DNA from: Pirellula staleyi DSM 6068
GTDB taxonomy: Bacteria; Planctomycetota; Planctomycetia; Pirellulales; Pirellulaceae
Length of the DNA stretch: 32,000 bases
Assembly (NCBI GenBank): GCA_000025185.1
Contig: CP001848.1
Coordinates: forward strand, 5,940,001-5,972,000
Reading direction: 5' to 3'
The translations under genes and the position numbers were made by a program. A model generated the notes under the pieces. The model saw only the letters and a program-made list of their open reading frames with translations. It made no database searches and had not been told where the DNA came from. This document shows, piece by piece, positions 23,694-32,000 of the stretch (the first letter of the stretch is position 1; each line of letters opens with the position of its first letter).

Positions 23694-24431
23694 CTAGTTA
23701 CCCAGGAGTCCGAGTCTCGCCATGTAGCGGATGCTGCGGGCGATTGTACGCCAGCGCGAGAAGAGAGTCGCCGACCAGTTGCTGCTGCCATAAGGTCGCG
23801 GAGGGAACTTCACTTCGATTTCTTCGATTTTCCAGCCGGCAGCCAGTGCGCGATAGAGAACATAGACATCGAAATTAAAATCTTTCGCGGGGCGCGTAAG
23901 CTGCGCGAGAAGTTCACGATGAAAGACTTTGGGCTGCGCGTTGATTTCGCGGAGATTTCGTCGCAGCAGCACAAACGCAAACAGTTCCATCCCGCGACTC
24001 ACGATCCGCTCGCGAAAATGACGCCCCACGCGGCGTCCTTTCACGATGGTGCGACGGGGATTAGCGCTCCGCTGCAGCTGTTCAAACGCTCGCAGCACAT
24101 CGGCCGGATCGCACTGCAAATCGGCATGCGACCAGGCAATGAACTCCCCTTCCGCTGCGGAAATTCCGGCAAAAATGCCGTGCCCATAACCTTGATTCAC
24201 TTCCACGAGAACCGATCGCGCGAACGGATAGCGTGGCAGCAGTTCGTCGAGCACTTGCTGCGAGTTATCGCGCGAGCCGTTGTTCACCAAGATCAGTTCA
24301 AGCGTTTGCTGGCGCGCAAGTGGCGCGAAACGTTCCAGAATCGCCGGAATGCCGCGCGCTTCGTTGTAGCACGGTAGCACGATGCTGAGAGGAATCGGGC
24401 GGCCGATATCCAAGGCAGGAGCAGAGGCCAT
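23694..24431 (-). CDS. Family-2 glycosyltransferase, polyprenyl-phosphate glycosyltransferase-like (GtrB/CsbB/ArnC/DPM1-like)
   Basis: LSIVLPCYNEARGIPAIL, ELILVNNGSRDNS, NQGYGHGIFAGISAAEGEFIAWSHADLQCDP (DxD-type motif). Its small size (245 aa) is typical of the soluble or membrane-associated GT2 core. Confidence 0.75.
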   Translation of the reverse strand: MASAPALDIGRPIPLSIVLPCYNEARGIPAILERFAPLARQQTLELILVNNGSRDNSQQVLDELLPRYPFARSVLVEVNQGYGHGIFAGISAAEGEFIAWSHADLQCDPADVLRAFEQLQRSANPRRTIVKGRRVGRHFRERIVSRGMELFAFVLLRRNLREINAQPKVFHRELLAQLTRPAKDFNFDVYVLYRALAAGWKIEEIEVKFPPRPYGSSNWSATLFSRWRTIARSIRYMARLGLLGN

Positions 24432-24717
24432 CGCGGGTGTCAGTGTTCGGTCGAGGTAAGTGGCGCGACAAGCTCGAGGATGGCAAGTCGATCAGGCTGT
24501 GAATTGCACTGCAGCAAGAACCGCATCTCGGTGAAGGATCGATGAATTCTTCATGAGCAACCAAATACTGTGTGGTGCGTCACCATCGATTCATCGACTC
24601 TTCTCGTGATGTTCCACGAATCTTCGTGAAAAACTCCTTCGATTGCATGCAGCATGCTTTACCTTGCGATTCCTCTCATTCCATTCGAAATTTATCCTTC
24701 CCAGAAACACTCGACTC

Positions 24718-25986
24718 ATGGATCGTCGCGCCTTCACACTGATTGAGATGCTCGTGGTGATTGCCATCATCGGGATTCTCGTAGCAATTCTGCTCCCGGC
24801 CCTCAGCATGGCCCGTGAAGCGAGTCGCAATGCGGCCTGCAAAAACAATCTGCGGCAGTTTGGTATCGGCATGATGCTGTTCGCCGACAAAGACCCCGCT
24901 GCTCGACTCTGCACTGGTTCGTTCGATCACAGTCGCGATGGCTGTATGGACACCTATGGGTGGGTGGCTGATCTGGTGAGCACCAATGCCGCAATTCCCG
25001 GCGAGATGACCTGTCCCAGCAATCCACTGAAACACAACGTCAAACTCCTCGACGCCTATGGCAAAGCAACTTGCGATAACCTCGATTTTGCCGCTTCGAC
25101 GAGGCTCATCGCGGGTCAGTGCGGCAAAGACAATTTGAAAGGACTCTCCGGAACCTCGGGAACTACTTTTGCCAAAACAGCTCCGCAAACGGCTGATCGA
25201 GCGGCTTTTGTGTCGCGCTATTTCCTGGGTGGTGGATACAACACGAACTACGTCTCGAGCTGGTTTCTTGCTCGCACAGCGCCACGCACCTACTTTCGCG
25301 ATGCCGACAAGTCACTCCGCACCGGTGGTCAAGTGGGACGCCAAGGCCTCAAGGGATTGGCAGCTTCGATCGGCCCACTTCGGCGTCCCTACATCGAAGG
25401 GAGCCGCATCAGTTCGTCTAACATCGTGCTGCTTGGTGATGGTGGTCCTGAAGATCTCGACGAGGCTGTTTCACCGGTCGATTTTTCGATCAGTTCGAGT
25501 GACATCTTCGCTGGTGGAAATGGGGAGAATCGCGACTTCATTCGGACCGGTGAACTGCTCGTCGAAACTTCATCGGACGGTCCCGTGTTCTACGACACGA
25601 CCGACAAAAAGATTAAACGGATCGCCTCGTTCGATGGCAATCTCACCAAGCAGGTGCAGTGCGAGCGCGATGGTGAATGCTTGCCACCTCCCAGCAGTTC
25701 GACCAACCGTCTGTACTGGCAAGATACGCGCGACTGGGCGGCGCTGCATGGTGGAGGTAAAGGAGGGACCTGCAACTTTCTGTTCGCCGATGGGAGCGTG
25801 CGCGATTATCGGGATACCAATAGCGACGGGATTCTTAATCCCGGTTTGAAAGTTCCTCAGACACTCACCGATAGCGAGTATTTGCGGGTCGGCTATCGCG
25901 ACAACGTGGTCGAGCTCTCACCAAGTGAATTCTTCAGCGGCGTCTTCTTGTCGAAGAGTTCATGGAAGGGTGTTTTCGAAGACTAA
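24718..25986 (+). CDS. DUF1559 protein with type IV pilin-like N-terminal cleavage/methylation motif
   Basis: Start placed at ATG 24718: [49 protein letters not shown]. The C-terminal motif [11 protein letters not shown] is typical of DUF1559. Confidence 0.85.
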   Translation: MDRRAFTLIEMLVVIAIIGILVAILLPALSMAREASRNAACKNNLRQFGIGMMLFADKDPAARLCTGSFDHSRDGCMDTYGWVADLVSTNAAIPGEMTCPSNPLKHNVKLLDAYGKATCDNLDFAASTRLIAGQCGKDNLKGLSGTSGTTFAKTAPQTADRAAFVSRYFLGGGYNTNYVSSWFLARTAPRTYFRDADKSLRTGGQVGRQGLKGLAASIGPLRRPYIEGSRISSSNIVLLGDGGPEDLDEAVSPVDFSISSSDIFAGGNGENRDFIRTGELLVETSSDGPVFYDTTDKKIKRIASFDGNLTKQVQCERDGECLPPPSSSTNRLYWQDTRDWAALHGGGKGGTCNFLFADGSVRDYRDTNSDGILNPGLKVPQTLTDSEYLRVGYRDNVVELSPSEFFSGVFLSKSSWKGVFED

Positions 25987-26005
25987 TTGCCTGCCTAAAA
26001 AAGAA

Positions 26006-26034
26006 GGCCGACGAACGGATGAGGTTCGCCGGCC
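26006..26034. terminator. Probable bidirectional intrinsic terminator between convergent genes
   Basis: ggccgacgaac (26006-26016) pairs with gttcgccggcc (26024-26034): an 11-bp stem with one A.C mismatch and a 7-nt loop. It is flanked by aaaaaagaa on the left (a U-run for the minus-strand transcript) and tgttctt on the right. Confidence 0.55.
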
Positions 26035-26101
26035 TGTTCTTAGCGTTTTCGCCCCTTTTCGCCTGAATCACAAGCGATCGTAAGGGGTTAAGTTTCGCGT
26101 A

Positions 26102-26308
26102 CTAGCTGCCGCTTGTTTGCATGCGCTGCGCCTCGGCCTCTGCGGCACGCTGCTGTTCCTCGGCGAGTGCTTTCTCATCGTCGGGTGTTGCTACGACAGG
26201 TCCGCTCGGCGTGCCACCACCACATCCGGTGGAGAGCATGCTCCCGATCAGCGCAAAGCACATGAGCAAGGAAAACATCGAGCGGGTCTGCATCGAGTAT
26301 CGAAACAT
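26102..26308 (-). CDS. Small lipoprotein (about 60 aa)
   Basis: The signal peptide with lipobox reads MFSLLMCFALIGSMLSTGC, followed by GGG. The mature part is short and Ala/Glu/Gln-rich. It lies about 75 nt downstream of the DUF1559 gene on the same strand. The start could be at 26308, 26293 or 26278. Confidence 0.6.
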   Translation of the reverse strand: MFRYSMQTRSMFSLLMCFALIGSMLSTGCGGGTPSGPVVATPDDEKALAEEQQRAAEAEAQRMQTSGS

Positions 26309-26383
26309 TCGGAGTGCTCCCTATCGAGACACTCGCCCCTGCGAGAGAGCGAGCGTCTTTATTTGGTGAATGAGTGGGCCAGA

Positions 26384-27265
26384 TTAGAAATCGCCGCCGA
26401 GAGGCTGACCGTCGTTGATCGAGCAGAAGCGGCGGAAGACGTCGAGGTTCACGGTGTAAGTGACCATGCTCACCGAGCCATCGACCCGTACAACATTCAC
26501 GCCCGACGGATGCGAGCTGCCGAACTTGCGACTCCAGTGGGCGGGCTGCGACGAGTTAGGATGCTTGAGATCCGACTCGGGAATAGCCGAGGCATCGCGC
26601 ACGATGCATTCATCCCAGCCAGCGTTGTTGTATGTTTCGTTGTCACCACCCGCCGTTCCCCACGTGGTTGGATGCAACTGTTTCTCGCCAACGTAGAGGA
26701 CTTGCGAAGTCCCATCGATTACGTCGGACATGCGGCGACGCTGATCGACGGGGGTTCCGGCAGGTCGAGTGAGCGTAGCCCATTGGCGGAGCATCATTCC
26801 GTCCTTGCCAAACTGGCCATGATCGGTGCCAGCGTTTCCGGCGTAGTCGTTCTTTACACTCGAGCCGTATTTGCCCGGTGCGCGGCGCGAGGGACAAAAG
26901 TAGGTGCTGATCGGCGTCAGCGACACGACGCTATCACTCGTTTGCTCAAAAACGTTTTGCTGTTCCATGTAGGGGAGCAGATAGAAGGCCCAACTCCAAC
27001 CGGCACGCTCGGTGGCGCTGCAGCAAGTGTTAGTCGGTCCATCGGAACCGGCATTGGGAAAGAAGCCCAGCACATCGTGATGATTGTGAGCCGCCAAACC
27101 GATCTGCTTCAGGTTGTTCTGACACTGCATGCGCCGAGCAGCTTCGCGAGCCGCCTGCACAGCGGGGAGTAGCAGCGCCACCAGCACTCCAATGATCGCA
27201 ATCACCACCAGCAGTTCTACCAGGGTGAAGCCTCGTGCACGTTGAAATCGCAACATTACCACCAT
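26384..27265 (-). CDS. DUF1559 protein with type IV pilin-like N-terminal cleavage/methylation motif
   Basis: Start placed at ATG 27265 or 27256: M(VVM)[52 protein letters not shown]. The C-terminal part reads SSHPSGVNVVRVDGSV. The ORF-track extension to 27403 is rejected. Confidence 0.85.
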   Translation of the reverse strand: MVVMLRFQRARGFTLVELLVVIAIIGVLVALLLPAVQAAREAARRMQCQNNLKQIGLAAHNHHDVLGFFPNAGSDGPTNTCCSATERAGWSWAFYLLPYMEQQNVFEQTSDSVVSLTPISTYFCPSRRAPGKYGSSVKNDYAGNAGTDHGQFGKDGMMLRQWATLTRPAGTPVDQRRRMSDVIDGTSQVLYVGEKQLHPTTWGTAGGDNETYNNAGWDECIVRDASAIPESDLKHPNSSQPAHWSRKFGSSHPSGVNVVRVDGSVSMVTYTVNLDVFRRFCSINDGQPLGGDF

Positions 27266-27913
27266 CCTCCGAAACGAGTCGAAAACAAAAACTGCAGGAA
27301 CAACAGACACGCTAGGGGGGAGCTTGAAACGGCCCATCCAGTAGCGGCGACGACTTCGGCGGCCGAAATCTGCAACCAGAAACACGGCAAACCGCACAAC
27401 CAACTAGGGAATATAAAATTCCGCTAAACGGAGACTTTTCCGTCGTCGGCGGGTCATCGTAGGAAGCAGCAGAATTGTGAGCGAGTGGCAATCGCCGTTT
27501 CTCCGGTGAATTCACCAACACTTCACGCGGAGGGTGGTCACGAGGGGGGAGTGCGTAGCACAGAAGCCTTAAAAAATGAATAATTCGCTAATAATTGCCA
27601 CCGTCTACGCCGCAATCCTAGCGGCTAACCAAGTCGGCAAAGGAGAGCGACAAACTCCACGCAGGAATACCTGCTGCGGCTTTGTCCAACTTCGAAATGG
27701 TTCTAGCCCGATACTTCCTGAGATATTAACCGCCAGGGCAATTTCCATTAATGGCATGCCGATTGCGATGAAAGAATGAATCGAGCGGCATTCCGCATTC
27801 AGTCTCGATAGCTGCGAGGGACAAGAAACGACTGCAGCCAACCACCGGCGAGGATGATTGGCTGCGTGCTGCTTGAGATGAGCAGAATTCCGCTGAGCTA
27901 TCGGGGCGGACGC

Positions 27914-29251
27914 TTACGAAAGTCCTTCGACTTTGAAGCCGTCGCGATACTCGCGTTTGATCAATTGATTCGCTTCAGCGAGGTTCGTCACCTCGAGCTT
28001 TTCAGCATCCCACATCAGCTTGGTATCGGGATAGCGATTGGCGACGACACCTAGCAGCAGCGATTCGGTAAGTGGTCCACCGTAGCTGAAAGGTGCGGAG
28101 GTCGTTCCCTTCCCCATGCAGGCGTCGACCCACTGATGATAGTGGTTTTGGTCTTCGACCTGCGGTGGAACGTAGTCCTTGAACTTCTCTTGAGGAAAGA
28201 GGACCGCTTCGCCAACGTGCGGCAATAGCATGTAGCCCCCTTCGCCCACAAACAGAGCCCCCTGCCCTGGCAGATTCAAACCGGCTGGGAGTTGCAGTGC
28301 TTCGCTTTTGGGAGGAGCAAAGCCGCCGTCGTACCATTTCCACGAGAGCGATTCGGTGGTGTGCTTGGTGGCGGGGAACTCGTACTCGACGATGTTCTCT
28401 TCCGGATGCCCCACACCAGTTGGTGCGCGGCAAGTGGTCTTGGCCCACTTGGGGGTGGTGAGTTCGAGTGCGGCATACGGGGTGTCGAAGATGTGCACAC
28501 CCATGTCTCCCAATGTGCCGGTGCCGAAATCGATCAGCTTGCGCCAATTGCCGGGGTGATAGACCCCCGGGACAAACGGACGCTCCTTCGTGGTGCCGAG
28601 CCAAAGGTTCCAGTCGAGCTTACCTGGAACCTTATGATCGCCCTCAAACGCGGGTCCATCGTAGCCCCAGTTCTTGTTCGACCAGGCATGTACCTGGCTC
28701 ACTTTTCCGATCACGCCACTTTGAATCATCTGCACAGCGCGGCGATAGACGCTGCTGCTATGCACTTGGATCCCCATTTGCGTGACCAATTTTTTCTCTT
28801 CGGCAAACAGCCGTAACTTGCGAGCTTCGAACACTTCGTGGGTCAGCGGCTTTTGGCAGTAAACAGGCTTACCTGCGAGCATCGCGGTCATTGCTGCAGG
28901 CGCATGCGTATGATCAGGAGTCGAGACAACCACGGCGTCGATCGTGTCCCCCATGGCTGTGATCATTTCGCGGAAGTCTTTGAACTTCTTGGCGTTGGGG
29001 AAGCTTCCCGCAGCAACGTCGAGATTGCCACTGTCGACATCGCACAAAGCGGCGACTTCGACACTTCCGTGGGAAGCGATGGAACCTAAATCGGCCCCAC
29101 CCATGCCACCTACACCGATGTGCGCGGTGCGAAGTTTGCTATTGGCGTCGACAGCGACCGCTCGGCGGCCAGCCATTCCGAGTGCGAGAAGTGCAGCACC
29201 GGTACGAAGAAAATCACGGCGAATCAAACGATGCGTCATCAGAGTGTCCAT
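27914..29251 (-). CDS. Gfo/Idh/MocA family oxidoreductase with twin-arginine signal
   Basis: Start placed at ATG 29251 or 29239: (MDTL)MTHRLIRRDFLRTGAALLALGMAG. The Rossmann region reads LRTAHIGVGGMGGADL...AALCDVD. VVVSTPDHTHA and YCQKPLTHE match the EKP-type motif of this family. Confidence 0.8.
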   Translation of the reverse strand: MDTLMTHRLIRRDFLRTGAALLALGMAGRRAVAVDANSKLRTAHIGVGGMGGADLGSIASHGSVEVAALCDVDSGNLDVAAGSFPNAKKFKDFREMITAMGDTIDAVVVSTPDHTHAPAAMTAMLAGKPVYCQKPLTHEVFEARKLRLFAEEKKLVTQMGIQVHSSSVYRRAVQMIQSGVIGKVSQVHAWSNKNWGYDGPAFEGDHKVPGKLDWNLWLGTTKERPFVPGVYHPGNWRKLIDFGTGTLGDMGVHIFDTPYAALELTTPKWAKTTCRAPTGVGHPEENIVEYEFPATKHTTESLSWKWYDGGFAPPKSEALQLPAGLNLPGQGALFVGEGGYMLLPHVGEAVLFPQEKFKDYVPPQVEDQNHYHQWVDACMGKGTTSAPFSYGGPLTESLLLGVVANRYPDTKLMWDAEKLEVTNLAEANQLIKREYRDGFKVEGLS

Positions 29252-29635
29252 GACACTAGAGGAAAGAACTGGAACGTTAATTCGTGAGCCGCGGAGAGAG
29301 ACGCGGGCTTGGCGGGAGGTCGCTAGTGTACCATCCACCTGCGGCAATCGTGGAATAGAAAATGAAAAAAAGCGGAGTGCCCTAGGCATGGCACGTTGGC
29401 AAGCGAGAGTGGTGATTCACGCCGCAGAGAGATCTGGCTACGCTTCGCAGAAAAGCTGGGTCCCCAGGGGAGAAATGATCGGGTATGCTCTTGGCGACCG
29501 ATTGATTCAAGCGTTTCCTAGGCCCGGATTCGTGCGCTCACGCTGCCTCAGCGCGGGGCATTGAACGCGGCTTAAGGGGACGTCGACTCCCGATCACCAC
29601 TCCGCCTCAGTACATATGCAAGAAAAGCTTTGGCC

Positions 29636-30691
29636 ATGAGTAGCTCGAACGCCACAGATGGAAGCACAATTTCCCTGGGCCTACCCGACGGCGGTGCGGC
29701 CGATATCGATCAGCGACAGATCGCGCCACTCGACGACAACACAGTTCCCCTCCCGTCGATTTTTGGATGGTTCCTAGGAATCGGCGCATGCATCATTCTA
29801 TTCGCGCCACTTATCTGGCTCGATCAGGCCTACCCCGATCCTGAGAAAGTAACCACCACCCTGCTTCCCGAAACGGTTGGGGTGGCAGTGATTCTTCGGG
29901 CAACGCTGCGACGACTTTTTCGATCAGGCTCGCGCAGTTTGCTTCAAACCACCGTGGGAACCGTGATGCGAGCTTCGGCCCGAACGATGACGCGACGCGT
30001 GGTGCGTGTGAGTGTGAAATCGCTTGCGATGTTCCTTGGGCGATCAGCTGTCTCCGACGAGTCGCTCGATGGCGATGAGGCTCCACTTCAGCAGCCCGCT
30101 TGGCTTGCGCTGCTGCTGGGCTTTGTCGTTCTGATGGCGTCGATGGCAGGCGTGCTCTACATGGTCGATATCGAACAAGAGGCGGGGCAAGCCACCATTC
30201 GCGAAGGGGTACTCGGATCGATGTCGATGCTCACCGGCGTGGTGCTGGGAGCCCTTCCCCTGCTCATCTACGGCGGGCTACTACTCATGGCCGCGCCGCT
30301 GGTGGGTGCCACGGTGAAACTTCGTACCACCTGGGAAGCAGTGCTACTGCAGGCCTACTTCACCGGCAGTGGATCGTATCTGCCGCTCGCCACCGATAGT
30401 GAAATCGAAGGCCCTTCGTGGGCACGCGTTCGATTAGCGTATGTCAGCTTGGGTGGGCTTCTCGCACTACACCTCCTGTGCACCTTTGCTGGACGACAAT
30501 CGGGCTCCGATGCGCTGGAGTATCTCGGCGCGATGTTCCTGATTTACTCGTTTGTTTTCTCGTTCCCGATTGCCCCTCTCGACGGCTACTACATTTGGGC
30601 GCAATCCAAACTGCTGTGGGTGCTCACCTGGGCACCGCTTCTGGGCTGTTTCATTTGGAATCTACCTGAGCGACTGCATGCCATCCTCTAA
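29636..30691 (+). CDS. Hypothetical polytopic membrane protein
   Basis: ATG 29636 (the ORF-track TTG is at 29630). There are several hydrophobic segments. The C-terminal motif FSFPIAPLDGYYIW resembles the P-x-PLDG motif of M50 site-2 proteases, but I find no HExxH. Confidence 0.55.
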   Translation: MSSSNATDGSTISLGLPDGGAADIDQRQIAPLDDNTVPLPSIFGWFLGIGACIILFAPLIWLDQAYPDPEKVTTTLLPETVGVAVILRATLRRLFRSGSRSLLQTTVGTVMRASARTMTRRVVRVSVKSLAMFLGRSAVSDESLDGDEAPLQQPAWLALLLGFVVLMASMAGVLYMVDIEQEAGQATIREGVLGSMSMLTGVVLGALPLLIYGGLLLMAAPLVGATVKLRTTWEAVLLQAYFTGSGSYLPLATDSEIEGPSWARVRLAYVSLGGLLALHLLCTFAGRQSGSDALEYLGAMFLIYSFVFSFPIAPLDGYYIWAQSKLLWVLTWAPLLGCFIWNLPERLHAIL

Positions 30692-31553
30692 GAAAAAAAC
30701 TCGCAGCGGAACAGCCGCCAAGTCCGAGAAAATCGACCTCGCCAGCAGCGCTGCGCGCAATGCATCCAGTTCGCGAGTGACGGCGATCATCGGCTTCGTC
30801 CTCGCGTGGACCTTTGCCTACAACCTGCTGATCAAGCGGCAAGGGATCGCCCGCGCGTTCTTTCAAATTCTCGATACGATCAGCGACGATTTCGTGATGG
30901 GGTCGCTTGTTGCCATTTTTCTGGGACTTGCGATCGTCGTCGTCTTCTCGGTGACGAAACTCTACGGACAAATCAACGCGAATATCTATTCGTTCGCGAT
31001 TCTCGAGAATCTGCTCTACGACGATTTGCGAAGTGGCAATGCTTACGCGTTCGTTTCAAAATTGCTCCATTTTCGCGATCAAGCGGCACCAAAAAACGTT
31101 TGCCCACGGCGCGTGGGAGGCATTTTGTTTGGCATGGGCTTCATCTACGCCATGAGCTGGATCTATGTGATCGTGTTCAGCGAAGCGCTCTTCTTCTTAT
31201 CGTGGAGTTCCGGCGTGAATCTGCCGATCACCAAGGAGAACATGCTGCTGATGCCTACTTTGGCTCTTTCGATTCCGTTCTCGGCCCGGGTGATGGCCTA
31301 CCTGCGCTACCCGTATGCCCAAGACTATGCCGACTTCATGCCCGCTGCGGTCTTCGGTTTACTGATGGTCACGGCGCTCGGCTACCTGTTTGAATCAGGT
31401 GATCAAAAGTTTTTTCTCAAAACGATCTACGACGACAAATTGTTCCTCGAGAGCTTCTTGAGGAACGGTCTGTTTCTAGCCTTCATTCCGGTCTTTTTCG
31501 AAGCTTGCTACTGGCTGCTCGATAGCCTGCGAGCCGAGAAAAAAGCGGCGTAG
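30678..31553 (+). CDS. Hypothetical polytopic membrane protein
   Basis: Start placed at ATG 30678 (MPSSKKKTRSGTAAKSE...), overlapping the previous gene's end by 14 nt. A basic N-terminus is followed by about 6 hydrophobic segments. No family recognised. Confidence 0.55.
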   Translation: MPSSKKKTRSGTAAKSEKIDLASSAARNASSSRVTAIIGFVLAWTFAYNLLIKRQGIARAFFQILDTISDDFVMGSLVAIFLGLAIVVVFSVTKLYGQINANIYSFAILENLLYDDLRSGNAYAFVSKLLHFRDQAAPKNVCPRRVGGILFGMGFIYAMSWIYVIVFSEALFFLSWSSGVNLPITKENMLLMPTLALSIPFSARVMAYLRYPYAQDYADFMPAAVFGLLMVTALGYLFESGDQKFFLKTIYDDKLFLESFLRNGLFLAFIPVFFEACYWLLDSLRAEKKAA

Positions 31554-31592
31554 CTCACTCTTGATGAACCGCTGGCCGCTCGCATCTTGCAT

Positions 31593-31991
31593 CTACGCTT
31601 GCGGCTGAACATGTGCGGGATCCATGTAGAACAGCTCCCAGATGTGGCCATCGAGATCTTGATAGCCATGCTGCAGCATGAAGCCGTAGTCCTTCTCGTC
31701 GGCATACTTGGTGCCACCAGCAGCCAAGGCTTTGGCCACCATTTCGCGCACTTTATCGCGACTTTCGCACGAGAGCCCAATCAGCATCTCGGTGGTCTTG
31801 GTGGCATCGGCGATTGCTTTGGGAGTGAACTCCTGAAAGCGGCCTTCGGCCAGCAGCATCACGAAATTCGATTCGCTCACAATCATGCAGGTGGCCGATT
31901 CGTCGGTGAACTGCGGATTGAACTTATAGCCGAGCTTCGTGAAAAACTCGATCGACTTCGGCAAATCCTTCACGGGGAGATTCAGGAACAT
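31593..31991 (-). CDS. VOC (glyoxalase/bleomycin-resistance/dioxygenase) family protein
   Basis: 132 aa: MFLNLPVKDLPKSIEFFTKLGYKFNPQFTDE...DLDGHIWELFYMD, typical of small single-domain VOC proteins. The frame stays open to the window edge (STK precedes the Met), so the true start may lie a few codons beyond position 32000. Confidence 0.75.
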   Translation of the reverse strand: MFLNLPVKDLPKSIEFFTKLGYKFNPQFTDESATCMIVSESNFVMLLAEGRFQEFTPKAIADATKTTEMLIGLSCESRDKVREMVAKALAAGGTKYADEKDYGFMLQHGYQDLDGHIWELFYMDPAHVQPQA

Positions 31992-32000
31992 CTTGGTCGA

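Noticed and set aside
23646-24377. 243-aa plus-strand ORF
   Set aside because: It lies almost entirely antisense to the GT2 gene, which has clear glycosyltransferase motifs. It is a shadow ORF.
26117-27172. 351-aa plus-strand ORF
   Set aside because: It lies antisense to the DUF1559 gene and the lipoprotein gene, and its translation has no recognisable features.
1-32000. Search for CRISPR arrays, tRNA/rRNA genes, transposases, integrases, IS inverted repeats and prophage genes
   Set aside because: I saw no regularly spaced direct repeats, no cloverleaf-like segments in the intergenic regions, and no ORF with DDE/tyrosine-recombinase-like motifs. The window looks like core chromosome rather than a mobile island.

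Overview
The window is a chromosomal segment that looks like Planctomycetota, probably Pirellulales-like. This rests on family content: a DUF1501 plus PSCyt/DUF1549/DUF1553 gene pair, two DUF1559 proteins with pilin-type N-termini, a Tat-signal Gfo/Idh/MocA oxidoreductase, an ECF sigma next to a Ser/Thr kinase, and an 'ESLESR'-type N-terminal motif on a secreted RTX protein. I support 26 protein-coding genes, including one fragment at the left edge. I found no rRNA, tRNA, CRISPR array, transposase or integrase.

Two regions stand out.

(1) 15108-24431, minus strand: eight co-directional genes, four of them chained by ATGA stop/start overlaps. They combine a Gtr/YfhO-style three-component glycosylation set (GT2, GtrA-like, large GT-C-like membrane protein) with pentulose-5-phosphate enzymes. 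These are an RPE-like domain fused to the GtrA module, an AraD-like 4-epimerase, a sugar-phosphate nucleotidyltransferase, a fusion of a Pol-beta-type nucleotidyltransferase (NTase) fold to a histidine phosphatase, a GDPD-like phosphodiesterase and a 2H phosphoesterase. This is my best candidate for an undescribed envelope pentose(-phosphate) decoration pathway.

(2) 5273-10476, minus strand: an ECF sigma factor is followed by a Ser/Thr kinase. The kinase carries an N-terminal zinc-finger anti-sigma motif and an extracytoplasmic DJ-1/PfpI-like domain. The next gene encodes a secreted DJ-1/PfpI-like-cadherin-RTX protein.

All domain calls come from motif recognition by eye. No HMM or BLAST search was possible, so functional labels need profile confirmation.
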